NCBI GenBank assembly: GCA_951406725.2
Contig: OX597814.1
Coordinates: 13,392,001 to 13,456,000, forward strand
Reading direction: 5' to 3'
Source: Octopus vulgaris
Taxonomy: Eukaryota
DNA: 64,000 nt
Positions within the stretch are counted from its first letter, which is position 1, and every line of letters begins with the position of its first letter. The translations under genes were made by a program, and so were the position numbers. The notes under the pieces are model-generated. The model saw nothing but the letters and a program-made list of their open reading frames with translations, did not search any database and was not told where the DNA came from. Shown here piece by piece: positions 12,979 to 28,030 of this stretch.

Positions 12979-14419
12979 AGCATGCATATCTGTATGTCTA
13001 TCTATTTATATATGCATCTTCGTGTGATATACATGTGTGTATAATTCTAATATCTAATCTATAAATGTTCAGTTTCCATTTCTTGCCTATATCAAAGCCG
13101 TTTAACGACTCCTTACTTGGCTTATGAAATGTCTTCACTTTGTACTTCGTGATATATGTGTCGGTGGATCATTCCTCAAAATATCTTTGAACAATATTTC
13201 CTTGACGTTTTCTTTTTCTATGCGATAATTACCGAATATCATTACTAAACATTTTGAATAGTTTCTTTATTATCAGTGCCCACATAAAAGAAATTAAGAT
13301 GATGAAATTAGAGGATCGCTAGTAGCGTCTGGAGGATTTTTTTTTATTAATAGCATTTTCTTGCAGCTTTCCTGATGTCGGAAAGAAATAATTGTTTCTT
13401 ATCACCATTCATTATTGAGAATATTTCATAATCACTATTCTTCGTACGCTTCAGTCATTATTCTATTTTTTTTACTTCTTCTTATATTCGAGCCTCAGTT
13501 ATTCTCTCTTTTAATTCTTTTATTAATACAGTTATTGTCATTCGATAACTTTGATTTACTTGATATTCATATTGATTCCATTCATTGAATTGTGTATACC
13601 ACAATTTACGTAATTACTTACGTTCAATTAATTTCCTGGTTTTTCTTTTTGTTTGTGTCCTTTTTCATCTGTCTCTACTTTCCGTGTTAGTTTTTCAATG
13701 TGTTATTTAAATATTTGATATTTACTCGAGTAGCTTATAATTCTCTATTTTTTTACTTCCAAACGATTTTGTATTTCATTATATCTTTCATCAGTTGGCC
13801 TCCTTGATATATATTTATTATGAATTGCGCGCTTTTGTTTGTGTGGTGGGGTTAAATTGATTCACTTATTAGTTTCCTCCATTTCCTGTTACTTCTCTTG
13901 CCTTAATTATTGTACTAAATATTTTGTAATAATATTATTCTGTTTCTATCTTGACTCTATGTTTTTCTTTTTATTATTTCATTTATAATTTCGTTCCATA
14001 ATAATTTTACAATATTCTGTAAATAGAATCGAATAAATTATACATTCAGTTGTATATACTGAAGAGGGATATTTTCACTCTATTCATTTGGTTAACTTTA
14101 ATGTTTCATGAAATATTCATTTATTCACAATAACTTGTAATTGGAACTAGCTACCAAACAGAAATCTGTACTGCACTCTCTTGTTTCATTAATCGTATAT
14201 TATTTGTAACTATTCCAGAGATAGTCTCCTTACTATTATTAGCTTTTATTTCTATTTGTTCCTGTATATGTTTATCCTCTCCACTAGAGATATTTTAATA
14301 ATCATATACAATGGCATGGCCTTCAATATTCGTTTATATCTATTTCCCAATACTTGAATCTTTTCAGTATGCGAACATTCACAATGTGTAATAATACATT
14401 ATGATAACATAACGAAAGA

Positions 14420-14900
14420 AGGAGAGAAGCGCAAATGTTTTATCTTTTTGGGAGGTAAAGAAAATGGAAGATATACGAATGCAATTTGTGAAGAGTTTCC
14501 TTTCTTATTTTTTAGCGTTCGCACTATGGGAAATTAATATCTGAAAGATAAATTTATGTATCCTGATAAGAAGCCCTTTTAAGTTTCTCTTCCTCCATGG
14601 AATTTTCCATCACGTTGGCATTTCCGATGCCGTATTCTAGGTGTTCTGTGTTCAGTGATGTCTCTTATCCATGCGATTCGTTGCGTGTGGTTGAAATATA
14701 TTTTGCCGAGCCATACAAAACCGAAGGTCAGAGTATTTGCACTCACATTTTAGGTTCACAGAAAATCGGTTACAATTTTTCATGTGAGTGCATGCTGCTG
14801 TTCCATGAGTTGTTCCTTACACGTTTCCGTTGCAAAGGATACAATCGCTTTGATAGAAGTCAATATTATTTGGCTTATTATTTATTCAGTGAAACGAACT
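14420..14900 (-). mobile_element. Possible decayed Penelope-like GIY-YIG region
   Basis: Fragmentary motifs on the minus strand (CNG.RC.., KYI...R.ITEH), heavily frameshifted. Confidence 0.3.
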
Positions 14901-15699
14901 TGATATTCATAGAATATTGTACACCATATAATATATGTGTATATGAGTAAATTTCCTTTTTTTTTTTATCTTTTAGTGATACATTTTCCCTTAGATATAT
15001 ATTTTAGGAATATAATCGGCCATAGAATTTGCTTGAAATATAGAACGCAACATTCTACAATAGTTATGTAGATGATGCTCACATGCCTTCTGAATATCCA
15101 TCACATGTACTTGTTCACTTATACAATCTGTCACGAAGAAGGACATACCAACATACATCTAACCTCTACCCACGCACATTGAGACCCACGTACAAAACAT
15201 ATAAACTTGCACTTACATTGTAGCATATGCTAACTTGAGTTATGGAATTATACATGTACTAAAGTGCACACACTTACATACACTTATATTCTTCCTCTCG
15301 CACACACTTTCCTGCCAACTGATCTTGCTTGCTCTGACTGTAGCAGCTAGCTTTCAAGTCCTGACTCTCTTGTCGGCTTTAATATACAAGCATGTGTGCG
15401 CAAACACACACGCACTTACAGCAATAAAAACACGCACACGCACACACATACGTAAGCACAAACATACTAATACACGCTCGCAGAAGCATAAAACACGCGC
15501 ACGCGTGCTACCAATACAAGTATATGCACACACGCACTTTAACACACCAGTCATTCACATTATTATATAAGCTTGCATTATCTGCCCACACTCAGTCAAC
15601 ACGGACTTTTCAGTTCCAAATAAATGTTAAAGCAATATGTGGGTCGCGTCCATTTTACACCTTTGCATTTTCCGTTGCCTACTTTTGTACTGTGATTTT

Positions 15700-16480
15700 T
15701 CTACACGACTTTTAGCTTCACCTCTGCTTTCCTTCGTTGTATTTTTCCCTGCTAGAATTTACTACTCGGGTTACGGCTTCGCCTCCCTTCACATTTAAAA
15801 TTCGACATTGTGCTTCTGAACTCTCTCCATCGGTATATAGTTTTTTTTTTAAGAAACATCCTCTTCAAATCAATAACTTTCCATCGTATTTCCTTTTCCT
15901 TCTTGTCATATTTCCTATATTTACACTATTATTGCTTCAGCTTTTAACTGCATATTTTTCTCTAAATGTCTTTTTCGGGAATCGTAGCTACTTTATAACT
16001 TCTTGATTATCACCAGTGTTATTTAATTTTCAGTCTATTATATATATTTAGGTATTCTTCTCACTATTTATACTATTCACTTCAGTGTTTTCCTACCTTC
16101 GTTTGCAATTCCCTTTCGCTTTTCTCCCACAATACGATGAAACTTACGCACCATTCTCCCACACAACTACTATCCAGTATTACTTTATTTCCACATTTGG
16201 ATACCCACCCCCAACATAATCATATGAAACTATTATACGCACACTCGTCTTCTATAATCATCGTTATACTCGGATACCCTCCTGTACATGCACATACCTG
16301 TACGCCCACTCATGTCTACCTAACTCCTCCCAAGAACTACATTTACACCTGGCCCCTAAACGTTTATCTTTCTTTTCTACCTCCTTTCATTCTTCTCTAG
16401 TTTTCCTATTCATTCTCGTCTTCCACTATTGCCGATGAACGACAAGCATCCGAAACATCAAGTGCTTTTCCTTATCTATT
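15700..16480 (+). mobile_element. Possible Penelope-like 3' remnant ending in a degenerate hammerhead motif
   Basis: Pyrimidine-rich tract with LG.L.P-like text near 16270, followed by CCGATGA-acgacaagcatcc-GAAACATC at 16432-16459. Confidence 0.35.
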
Positions 16481-17599
16481 AAGCGTTAAACAAATACGAG
16501 TGATTTTAAAACGTGTCCATTCCGTTTACATGCACAATTCATAGCCTTATTATAATGAGAAGTAGAAAACGAATAGCAGGATGGCGTTGGGATATGTAAA
16601 GTAATTCTTGTGTGAGGCAGCATTCGAGTAAATATACAATCAATCTTTCTATGAGCAAAACATAGAAATATGTACACAATTCAGATACCTGTGAGAAGCT
16701 GCTACATGAATAGAATCATGTTAATATTCCACCTCCAGAAAATACTGTCTCAGATCGTACCCCTTACTCCATGCTCTCTCTAGACGTGTCACACATTTTC
16801 AATAACTTTCGGAAATCATATTATTCAATTAATGCACGCATACTTTGGCTATTTATGAGTTTCACAAACATTTATTTTTACATTTTTCATTTGAAAATAT
16901 TGTTTACGCTTCGAGCGCTGTCTGTGTGCATGCTGTTCTCATTCATTTGACAATCAGATGGCAATATTTGTCTATATTACTGTTACAGAGAATGAAGAGA
17001 GCACACGATCCTATTAATTCCCGATAGGTCATGTCGAAAACATGTAAATATTTCAAACAGAATGTTGTCCAAAAATGTATATACAAGTAAAAAAATCGAC
17101 ATAACCAAACTTTTCGCCTTCCGTTGTTTATATTTTAGACAGTCAAAAAGTGCCGAATATCTTCCTGGCAAACACATCCCGCCTCCCGCAAAGTATGTGT
17201 GTCAGAAAATGATTCCCGAAGCAGTTATTTTCTCAGTAGTACTCTGCAAACGTGAACTTTAAGAAAGAGCTGCAATAGTACTACTAACAAAAAAAAAAAC
17301 ATCAGCTACGATTGCCATGGAGAAACAAAAATAAAAATAAACAAAAGGAGACAAAAACAATTACCCAACAATGAAAATAACAAAAGCAAGAATGATAACA
17401 ACGGCATCAACAGCAATAATAATAATAATCAGGGCATCAGTTGCAATGGATATTAAACAGCAATTTATCTTATAAGTTGGTTTTACACAAAATGTGTGAA
17501 AAAGAAAAGTGCAAGAATATATTTGATATGAAATAGAAATTATGATTAATCGACAATATATAGGAAATCACGCATGATCAAACCTCTTGATAAAAGAGA

Positions 17600-20400
17600 A
17601 AGACTAAAACAGCTAAACAAGAGTTACCTAAGATTTCACAAATCACTCACTCTTTGGCAAGCACACTGGAGGGGAACGCTTACTTTTCCTCTCTCTCTAT
17701 CACCGTCCTTCTCTTGTAGAAACTTGACATGTAGATGATGGCTTGATTGAAAGAATAAATTGCTATCCTCAAAAATAGATGTATTTTGGGTATTGCCCCC
17801 AGAAGAGGAAAACAGCTAGCCCAGCTATTATATAAGATGGAGCTAGTGTGGGTGTGAGATTTGTATGCTGGTAGTATTTGCTAGCTAAGTATTTCTGGAA
17901 CTTTTCTGTGGTAATATATCCCAAAAGGTCCACACAAACTCATTTGTTAAAGTACAAAACTTTCTCGTACAGAGAAGTTCTACTGGTTGTTGATAACTGC
18001 CCCACAGAAGGCCGTCTTGAACTTGATTATCCCTCGGGAAGTATATATCGAAATTCAAGTCACAACGACTGTCTGTATTCTCTGCACACCAAAAACTGGT
18101 AATCTGTATTACGAAACAGTCTAATATGTGGTTACCCAACATTTTCCACTAAAATAAATATTGTGTGTTGATACAATTTGAACAAAACATTCTGATTACT
18201 CTAAAACTAAGTAGTTTTCTTTACTCAAGAAAACTACTCAATATGTATCATACAATGGTGTATTTCTTAGCCAATTGTCTAGATTTTTACACAAATGCCT
18301 CCCATTTCGAAATCATATGCAATATGAACATGAGTAGAAAATAGAATTCCAGATCTTCACAAGCTACAAAAACCGAAATATTTTGAAAAGTTTTTTCAGA
18401 GGCGTAAGGAGAACTTTTTTGGAACCAGACCCAGCAGGAGTGTAGGGCTGCTCTATTATTACAGTAGTGTTTTGCTTCCGATAGTGTACCATTGATATTC
18501 TGATGAATTCCAGGACGATCAGATGTAGAAGAGATACCAATGAGTTTCAAAGCAGTCCTATTTTACTACTCTAAATCTCTAAGTTAAATGTAAGAGTGAG
18601 TCACGTAGTTATGAAAAATAGACGTGATCAACTGTGTTTTAGAAAAGTCGGTCTCTGTAATATATAAGACATGTAATTTGGACTCTGAGATCCTTAAGTA
18701 ATTCATCCTACGTCCAAGTGTACCTTAGACCATCTGAAATAGATGTATCAAGTTCAATTGTTGCCGGATCAAAAGTGTCTATTGATAAAGATTTTGTGCC
18801 GAAGAAGCAAATAATTTTTGTCACAACCAGTTCAACAATATATCAAAAGAAAATCTGTATGCACTAACCTGAAGATATCCATTCCGCTCCACAATCACGA
18901 TACCAAATACCCGGACTATCTTCTTGTTGATTGCGGTGAATAAAACAATTTGAGAGAATATTCTGCGTTTATAGTAACCGGACACACAACTTCGTAGGTG
19001 TTCAAGTATCTCAGCAGAATTCCTTCATTTTAACAGTCTAGCTAGGCATCAACTACCTAATCCCAAGTAATTGATAGTGCGGGGCGTTGACACATAAGTT
19101 CTCAAAATCATGAACAGGAAAGGGGTCGGTTCACTTGTTTCCATAATGTGACAAGTACCGGTCCCTTCTGTTTTTTACTAAGTTAAAGCTATAGCTCGCC
19201 ACATTAGCCATAATAAACATTGGGCATTTTCTTCTGAACTTACAAAGTCAATCAGTTTCCAAGTGTGACTAACAGCTGTATCTTAATAATTTCCCAGTTT
19301 ATGCCTCTCGATGTCTACTCGAAACCGGCCTGCAGTCATGGGTAATCCAATCGTAGTAACAGATATTAAATTTTCGTATAGAATTTAGTCTCCTTAGCTA
19401 CCAGCCCACATGCTTGTTCTGGATGATGTGTGTTATCATTTCTATAAAATGTTTCTGGTTGCCTTGGTTTCCAGTATTCTCAGCATCATAAAAACGATGT
19501 TGTCCTCTTAGTTGGCTCTATTGAAACATAGATGAAGCGGTTATGAGTCAATGGTTCAGAATATAAACTTTGACAAGTAAGCATACAGTAAAGAATACAA
19601 AGAATCATAGGTGATAGAGCGCTGTATCTATACTCTTACGATGTGTGGCTGTTAAGATTCAGCCTCGAAAATTGCCGCTTAACATTGCACTGCTAAAATG
19701 TTCTAAGAATAACTGAAGCAGTAATGCTATGGTCAACGAATTTAGAATGATTGACACAGGGCTAAGCTTTAGATTGACGAATTTATCGGATGCCAAGTAA
19801 AACTTCATCTATAGACACTTGTTTCTCCCTTATTTAGTTTGTCTTGCACACACTCTTTTAGCCAACAGTGTACATTTCATATTCCTTATTGTACGAAATA
19901 ATTTATATGGTGCCAATCCTCACTTCCGTCTATTTGCCGAAAATCACATACTTATTCCAAAACTATATTAGGAACTAAAAACGCCAACATTTTGTCAAAA
20001 ATATTGTTATGGCTTTTCCATGTGGGCTTTGATTTTGCGTCGTGCATTGTTCGATCATTTATCAGCAGCATCACCACACCTCGATTTAATAAAAGAAGGT
20101 GCTTTCAGGTTATTTCTACTTGAAATACAGATGTTCGAAGGTGAAGAAGAAAATGCCTGGCATCTAACAATAAAATTTATCTAATCCGATTTTAGCTTCC
20201 CCTATGCAAACAAGTGATGATTGATTTCTACATCTTCAGCAGCACTCCGCGATATGTACGGAAAGGACCTGCAGTAATTCTTTTCACTGTAATCCGTCCA
20301 ACCAACCGGTTATAAAAGGTCAAGTACATCGGTTGGTGTGGAAATTAGAAGACCTAGTGTAGAAGACCGATATCACATTGATATCATACTGTAACTCGTG
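17600..20400 (+). mobile_element. Very old RTE-clade LINE relic (APE and RT)
   Basis: Collinear traces of RTE motifs: ASVG/LDY (APE, 17840-18100), KG....CDKYR (19120-19165), ALY.Y..D (19620-19645), YGFSMWAL (20008), TDV..MPGI (20125). Each motif is weak alone; their order fits RTE ORF2. Confidence 0.5.
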
Positions 20401-21261
20401 CATCTAATCCTATTAAATATATACTCTGGTTTTATATTTCACAATATGCGCTGTAGTAAGTGAACTGTATTTAAATGGAAATATATTTACGCATAAATAA
20501 TATTTTATTCTCATCAACGTGAAAGTGGTAGGAAGAAACATCGATGACAACAATTCCAAATTACACAGACCAACACAATATCATGTGTACACATGATACT
20601 GCATAAAAACCGATGTGAGACACAAATAAGTATATAGGTGGAGAATATAATTAAAGAGAACATAGGTACATATCTATCAAATTCTCAATCTCTATATTCT
20701 TTACACACACACACATAAATAAATATATTATTTTGCATGTTTTTATATGTAATGTTTGCACTTGGTATCAAAAAGATATATTATATTTACTCATATTACT
20801 TAAAAAATCTATAGAAAATGTCAAAATATACCAGTACTGATAAACACAATGTATACTGTAAATATGTGAGCATTAACGCTCATCAAAAGATGAATAAAAG
20901 CAGTCATTTCAATATAAAATAAGAAAAAAAGACTGACAGGAAAACAACAGAAGAATATTTAATTGCTTGCATTCATCAACTGAAATCATGACGCAGTTCG
21001 TATTACATGGTATAATAAAGTCGTTACCATTTCTTGCTTGGAGCTAATACGTAATGACGACTGTTTGTATCACTATTATATCACTATTTCCGCTAACATG
21101 TACACGACATATGAATTCGCAGAGAGCTAAGTATTACACAATATATACATCGGAATATGACGTGTATCCATCTGAATCGATGAATAGCGATGTACTACGA
21201 ACTATAACGCACGTATGTGTGCCTGCGTGCGTGTCTATATACATACATACACATACATACA

Positions 21262-21297
<36 letters not shown>

Positions 21298-21469
21298 TAT
21301 TTATATACATATATATATGTTTATATATATATGTTTATATGTTTATATGTATATATATATATGTATATATATATATGTATCATATTATATATATATATAT
21401 ATGCATACATACATATATGCGTATATGTAATACCTACATATATATGTATATATACATGCATATATGGTG

Positions 21470-22040
21470 ACAGGACGTAAAATAAACAGGAGCTGAATAA
21501 AATGAAAAGCGAGAACATAAAAAAAACCATGGAAAACGATTTTCGAACAACAAAATAAACAAATAGAGAAACGTGACAGGCAACATAAAGAACAATCCTT
21601 TCATCAGTTGTCCCCTGTTTTATCTACTCCGCATTGCGAAGGTAGGGTCAATACGCGACGTTCTTAAATCTGTCCTACCCGCAAACCAAATTAAATAAAA
21701 TTTGGGATTTTTGCGGACAGTGAAAGTGGTAACAAAAACAAGACAGTGAGAGCAAAACAACAAACCAATAAAGCCAAACTATGAGGGCTGTTAAGTCATA
21801 ACGAGGTGAAGTGGTGAAAGTTCGGTAAAGGAGCTATGACAAGAGACAGGCAAATGTAGGTCTTATCACTTGTGAAGAGAGAGGAAAAAAGAATGAAAGT
21901 TGCTGGTCGCGTTTGAGCAACGAGAGAGTCAGGAAGAAAGAGTGAGAGAGAGGGAGAGAGGGTGAAGTGGAGGAGAGAAAGAAAGAGGAAGAATAGAGAG
22001 TGTAGGTTGCGGATCTACGTTCTTTTGGCATCCTGAGCCT
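21470..22040 (-). mobile_element. Interspersed repeat, probably a Penelope-associated non-coding terminus
   Basis: Purine-rich block between (TA)n tracts with CTGATGAAAGG on the minus strand near 21597-21607; similar in character to 54700-55290. Confidence 0.35.
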
Positions 22041-22051
22041 ATATATGCATG

Positions 22052-22083
<32 letters not shown>

Positions 22084-22096
22084 TATATATATATAC

Positions 22097-22149
<53 letters not shown>

Positions 22150-22314
22150 TATATATATATAGGTATGTACATATATGTATATATGCATATATATAAATAC
22201 GATTAATTCGTAATACTATTATTTAATTGTATTAATTATCTTTAAATTAACCTTCAATATCTTAAAATTAATACCTTTATTTAAATATATCATCATATTG
22301 TCGTTGCATCTACG

Positions 22315-22372
<58 letters not shown>

Positions 22373-22441
22373 TTATATGTGTGTATATATATGTATATAT
22401 ATATGTATACATATAAATAAATACATATATAAATAAATATA

Positions 22442-22502
<61 letters not shown>

Positions 22503-22990
22503 CTATGATTCTAAGCCTACTTTTCGTTTAATCAAATTCCTTTCGAATTTGACTCGAAACAAATATAATTATTTAACTTGTCGTTATTATATGCGGTTAT
22601 AGAAAATGGATCTATTTCTTATTAATTACATTAATGCCCCAGTAGTAGTATTACGTATTATCTAAAAAATGCGTTTTAAACCAATATATTAATACTTTCT
22701 CTAATCTTATTATTTTCAATGTAATGGGAGATGACATTTCATACTTCAATTAGAATACATCGTTAATTCCAATTGTTAATTTTTTTATCTTCGCCACAAA
22801 GAGGAAATAATAGTGGATTGTTATGGTAAAAGAAATTAATAACCGATTATCACGTTATTATTGTTCTAAATATCACGCTTTAATATGTAAAATAAAACTT
22901 AAATACAGTTACTACTTTATCATTATATACGTATGTGCTTATCTATCTATCTATCTATCTATCTAATCTATCTATCTATCTATCTATCTA

Positions 22991-23040
<50 letters not shown>

Positions 23041-23176
23041 TATGTATACATACATGTATATATATGTATACATATATGTATACATACATATATATATACA
23101 CATATATATTTATGTATATATATATATATGTATGTATATATATATATATATTTATGTATATATACATATATATATG

Positions 23177-23242
<66 letters not shown>

Positions 23243-23992
23243 TATGCACAAATATATATTTTTATTACATACATATATATTCCCATAGATATATATCTTC
23301 ATATATATTTTATATATATATGCTCCTATACAAATTTATTCACATATAGATCCATGTACGTATGTGCTTATTGACAAGCACTAAATTCTTAATATATAAA
23401 AACATGCTAGTATATGCAGTCATATATTCGATCTCACGCTTAAAAATATTTATACATCATATTGCCTCAGTTAGTATTTGCACACCTATACGTATCAAAT
23501 ACACATACGTACATACATATATATATATATATATATACATCTATCTTACATAATAACGCAATTCATATTTACATTAACCAATGCAATATAAATAAATATC
23601 ATCAACATAATGTAAATTAATATAATACATAGCCCCCAAATCATAATATATTAGATAGGATTTCTTCTTCAATTATATATATATATCAATATAGATTGTT
23701 TTGATTTTATAAGGGGGGTTATTTCATAATTCATAAAGTTTATTTCTATATAAGGACATATATCATTTTGCCGCTGAAATATTAACATTCATATACTTAT
23801 AATATACTCAAACTACATAGGTCAACCTGTATATATATATAAATATATATATAAATATGTATGTGTGTATATTGTATATATATATATATATATATACATA
23901 CACACACACACTATATATATATATATATATAAATATATTTATATATATATATATATATATATACATTATACATGTATGTGTGTATATATATA

Positions 23993-24380
23993 CTAGCAGT
24001 ATCGCCCGGCGTTGCTCGGGTTTGTAAGGGAAATAACTATAAAGCATTTTTAGAGAGTTATAGCCAAAAAATAGCAAAAAAAATGGGAAAAAAAATGATG
24101 GTAAATTTTTTTTTTGATAGTTAAAAAGGTCGAATTGCGTCCCCTACACCATCTGTGGTTTGTGTTTCTGATTGTCGACCCCATGTCGAATTTATTGATC
24201 TTTTTTTCAGAACTGGGGGAACTTTTCAAAATTTTCGCTGTGTTAGTTTTGAATTATGACATTGGGCTATGTGTGTGTCAAGTTTCATTAGAATCGGTTG
24301 AAAGCCGTGGTCAGGGTGAGGGTACAACCAAACAGACACACAGAAACACACACAGACAAACTGCCGTTTATATATAGAGA
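23993..24380 (-). mobile_element. Non-autonomous Helitron
   Basis: Minus strand begins TCTCTATATATAAA and ends with hairpin CCCGAGCAACGCCGGG then CGATACTG-CTAG; inserted between A and T in (TA)n. Confidence 0.85.
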
Positions 24381-24988
24381 TATATATATATATATATGTA
24401 TATGCATAAATGCATAAGCTACATTTAGCTTCCGTCTTCCTTTTCTAATTAGAATCTACCTTCGAGTTTTATTCTGAAATGATATGACGACTTTTTGTGA
24501 AAGCAACTTCACTTCACATCAGTCAGAAAAATCCACCGTGAACTATAAGGATACAATTTAGTCTAAAATTACGTCTCTTTATGCATTCACTATGTCATAC
24601 ATTTTTCATTTCTTAGCCAAGTTTATAAGATAAGACCAAGCAAATTAAATATTTGCTAGATCACAGTGTGTCCAGAAGAACGGAAGCGAATGGCTTTTAT
24701 GTGTTGCCAGTTTTCATTTTCCTTTAATATACCAATGATGAGAACTTGAATCAAAGAACTAATAACGCACTGAATTTAGGACTTTTCATCTTCATAAATA
24801 ATAATAAGTGATAGAGAACTAACAGCATTATTTATCTTTATCATTATCTATCTATCAAGCTATTTTTCTATATGTACATGTACAAGTATGTGTCAATATA
24901 GATATATAGATATTTATGCCTATATATATATGTATGTCGGGGTATATACATACATACACACATACACGCACACGCGCACACACATATA

Positions 24989-25024
<36 letters not shown>

Positions 25025-25025
<1 letters not shown>

Positions 25026-26270
25026 GTTTATTCTTTTATTCTGTTATGTGTTTAGGCCAGGTGGCTGTGGTCATACTGGAGCATCCCCATGATGCTTTCA
25101 CTCTTTATTTTTGTACCCTCGCCACAATCCTTCAGTCGTTCCTCTCCTCCGTCTAATGCGATCTTATCAAAACTGTCGATGGCCCATCTGGTGTATGAGG
25201 GAATTCGACACTACTGCCCTCAACTGTATCTCATGTCGGGCCTTTGGTTCGTCTGGTATTGTGGATAGGAGAGTGTTTAGTTTCTTTTTGAAACCTTCCA
25301 CAACTATATTCAGTTGTTTTGGCAGAGTAGTGATGAGCTGTGGTCCATTGAAACTTACGCTATTGCAGTACGTGGTGCTTATATTAGATGCATTGGACTG
25401 TACCTTTGGTACTGTGCAGTGGCATCCAGTACGAGCTTTCATATAACTCTTGATGCCAAAATTTGTTACTTGCTCTTCCAGTATTTTCCACATGTAAGTT
25501 ATTACATATCTCCCACGTCTGCGCTCTAGGGAGTAGAATAGTTGTTCTTTCAGCCTCTCCCTGTAGTTCATTTGCTGGACTGTAGCAATCTTTTTAGTGT
25601 AGTGAAACTGGATTGCTTCAAAGTCTGTTGTTAGCTTCACACTATGTGGTGACCATAGCTGAGAGCAGTAGTCTAGGCGGTTGAGGACGAATGTCATCCA
25701 TAAAGTCAACATGACCTCCTGCTCTCTTGCCCTGAATGCCCTTGGTATCCTTCCCGCCAGTTGTCTGCACTTTGCTGAGAACTTGGTAATGTGCATGTGA
25801 AATGATACATCATCACATATACTGATGCCCAGGTCTCTAATTGTTTCTGACTCTGGGATTGCAGTATCTACAGGTCCTGTAAATGCCGGTTGTGGAGCAT
25901 TTGTGATCCTATAACGCGGCACTTGAAATTTTTTCAGCATTAAATTTCATATTTTTTGCTTTGTCCACTTGTGCATTGCATTCATGTCGTTCTGCAGGTT
26001 ACAACACTTTATTGCAGGTTTAGGATACTCTTTTGCCAGCAATAATTTTGTATCATAGGCGTAGCTAGTGACAGTGACTGTCTGAGTGAATGTGGGCATG
26101 TCTAAAAGGGATACTATAAACGGTAATGGCCCTAAGATATTTCCCTCGGAGACAAAGCTTGAAATTTGTGCTTCGAGTGCATCATTGGTTGCAACTGTAT
26201 GACTTCTATTGTTTTGGAAGGCCTACAACCATTCGATTCTATCTTATTTGCTGGTCAAATGCCTAGCTTG
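25025..26270 (-). mobile_element. CR1-group LINE fragment, older relative of 11143-11937
   Basis: ORF 25167..25940 aligns by eye with ORF 11098 (RDLGI, LDYCSQLWSP, YSLERRR, SNSLIHQ). Upstream are SYAYDTK (YADD-derived, near 26055) and ILGPL.FI. Confidence 0.9.
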
Positions 26271-26397
26271 CTAGTTATACCAACGTTTCGCGGCTTGTAA
26301 CATATCCTGCCATGATCAACATTGTCGAAGATATATCACAGACATGTATATATATATATATATATATATACATACACAGACACACACACAAATACAA

Positions 26398-26468
<71 letters not shown>

Positions 26469-26864
26469 AACAAACATATACACATGTGTGAGTGACTGTG
26501 AAATATCGTGAATTCAATTTTAATGTTATAAAACAAGTGTAGACACAACTTCGAAACTATTATAAAATTTAATTTGCTACCAGTTGCTGAGATTTTCCGG
26601 ATTGTCAGAACTTAATATTCCGCTTCGACCACCGTCATTTCCAATGAAAACTGATTTTTTTTTGTACATATCAGATAATTCCCTCGTAGTACAATATTGT
26701 CCGTCATTCTGAAAATCTCTCTCACTCCGTACCAATCTGTGTGTAAAGTTGAATAAAAAGTAGTGATGATATCAGAATTTACCACGGACGAGGAGATAAA
26801 ATATAAAATATTGTAACGAAGGGAATATTCGCTTTATAATTGGTTTTGGATTTCAATAGAGTAT

Positions 26865-27188
26865 TTTACTTTTTCAGTCATTCAGTAATTCTTTGGAAGC
26901 GTATTCTATCGGTCGCTTTTGCGGAACCGCTAAGTTACGGAAACGTAAACACACCAGCATCGGTTATCAAGCGATGTTGGGAAGATAAACACAGACACAC
27001 AAACATATACATACACGTATGTGCGACTGATTTATTTAAGATTCCGTCTACCAAATCTGCTCACAAGGCTTTGGTCAATCCGAGGCTATAGTAGAAGGCA
27101 CCTACCCAAGGTGCTACGTAGTGGGATTGAACTCAGAACAATGTGGTTGGTAAGCAAGCTACTTACCATACAGGCACTGCTGCGCCTA
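26865..27188 (-). mobile_element. tRNA-derived SINE family B with CORE-like central domain
   Basis: Minus head aggcgcagcagtgcctgtatggtaagtagcttgc...gagttcaatccc, then gcaccttgggtagg (CORE-like); aligns to 50538-50905. Confidence 0.8.
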
Positions 27189-27489
27189 GCTACATAAATA
27201 AAATTAAAACTCAAAATGTGTCTCTTTGTTTTTCTGACTTTTGTAACTTTCCTATTTAAGATAAATAGATCAAATTGAAAGAAAAAATAAAGTCCATTTG
27301 TGGCGATGATTGAAATGTAAAGTGCCGGCGGACTGACCTCTTATTTCAAAAACGAAACCATAATAATGTGATCCATTGACTCGACTACGAGGAGCGGGGG
27401 TGGCACGTTAAAATGAAATAGTATTTTTTCTTTTGCAATATCTAATTCTTGCAATATTTAATTTTTCCTTGAATATATATATATGTAGT

Positions 27490-27992
27490 GAAATCGAAAT
27501 CGAAATCAAGTTCGATGATTGGCATCCGTGTTAGTGGAGCGCTAAGAATACCATACGAGAGTGATCGTTGCCAGAGCAACAAGCCGGCCTCCGTGCCGAT
27601 GGCACCTAAAAAACACCATTCGAGCGTGATCGTTACCTGCGCCGCCTGACACTTGTGCTGGTGGTACGTGAATAAACATTCGAACGAGGTCGTTGCCAGT
27701 GCCGCTAGACTGGCTTCTGTGCAGGTGGCACATAAAAAGGATCATTTGAGTGTGGCCGGTGCCAGTACCGCCTGACTGGCCCTCGTACCGGTGGCACGGA
27801 ACAGCACACCCTACACTCTCGGAGTGGTAGGCGTTAGGAAGGGCACCGAGCTGTAGAAACTCTGCCTGATCAGATTGGAGCCTGGTGCAGCCATTTGGTT
27901 CGCCAGTCCTCAGTCAAATCGTCCAACCCATGCTAGCATGGAAAGCGAACATTAAACGATGATGATGATGATGATAATGATGATGATGATGA
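27490..27992 (+). mobile_element. SINE/LINE 3' segment with four internal 60-66 bp tandem units and a (GAT)n tail
   Basis: Units start gtgatcgttgccag, gtgatcgttacctg, gaggtcgttgccag, gtggccggtgccag; ends aacccatgctagcatggaaagcgaacattaaac(gat)n. Confidence 0.7.
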
Positions 27993-28030
27993 TATATATA
28001 TCTATGTATGTATATACATATACATATATA

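Noticed and set aside
21535-21655. Hammerhead on the minus strand around CTGATGAAAGG
   Set aside because: No convincing stem II plus GAAA pairing in either type I or type II arrangement.
27561-27810. CRISPR-like repeat/spacer array
   Set aside because: The units are diverged tandem copies along their whole length with no unique spacers, the context is eukaryotic, and there are no cas genes.
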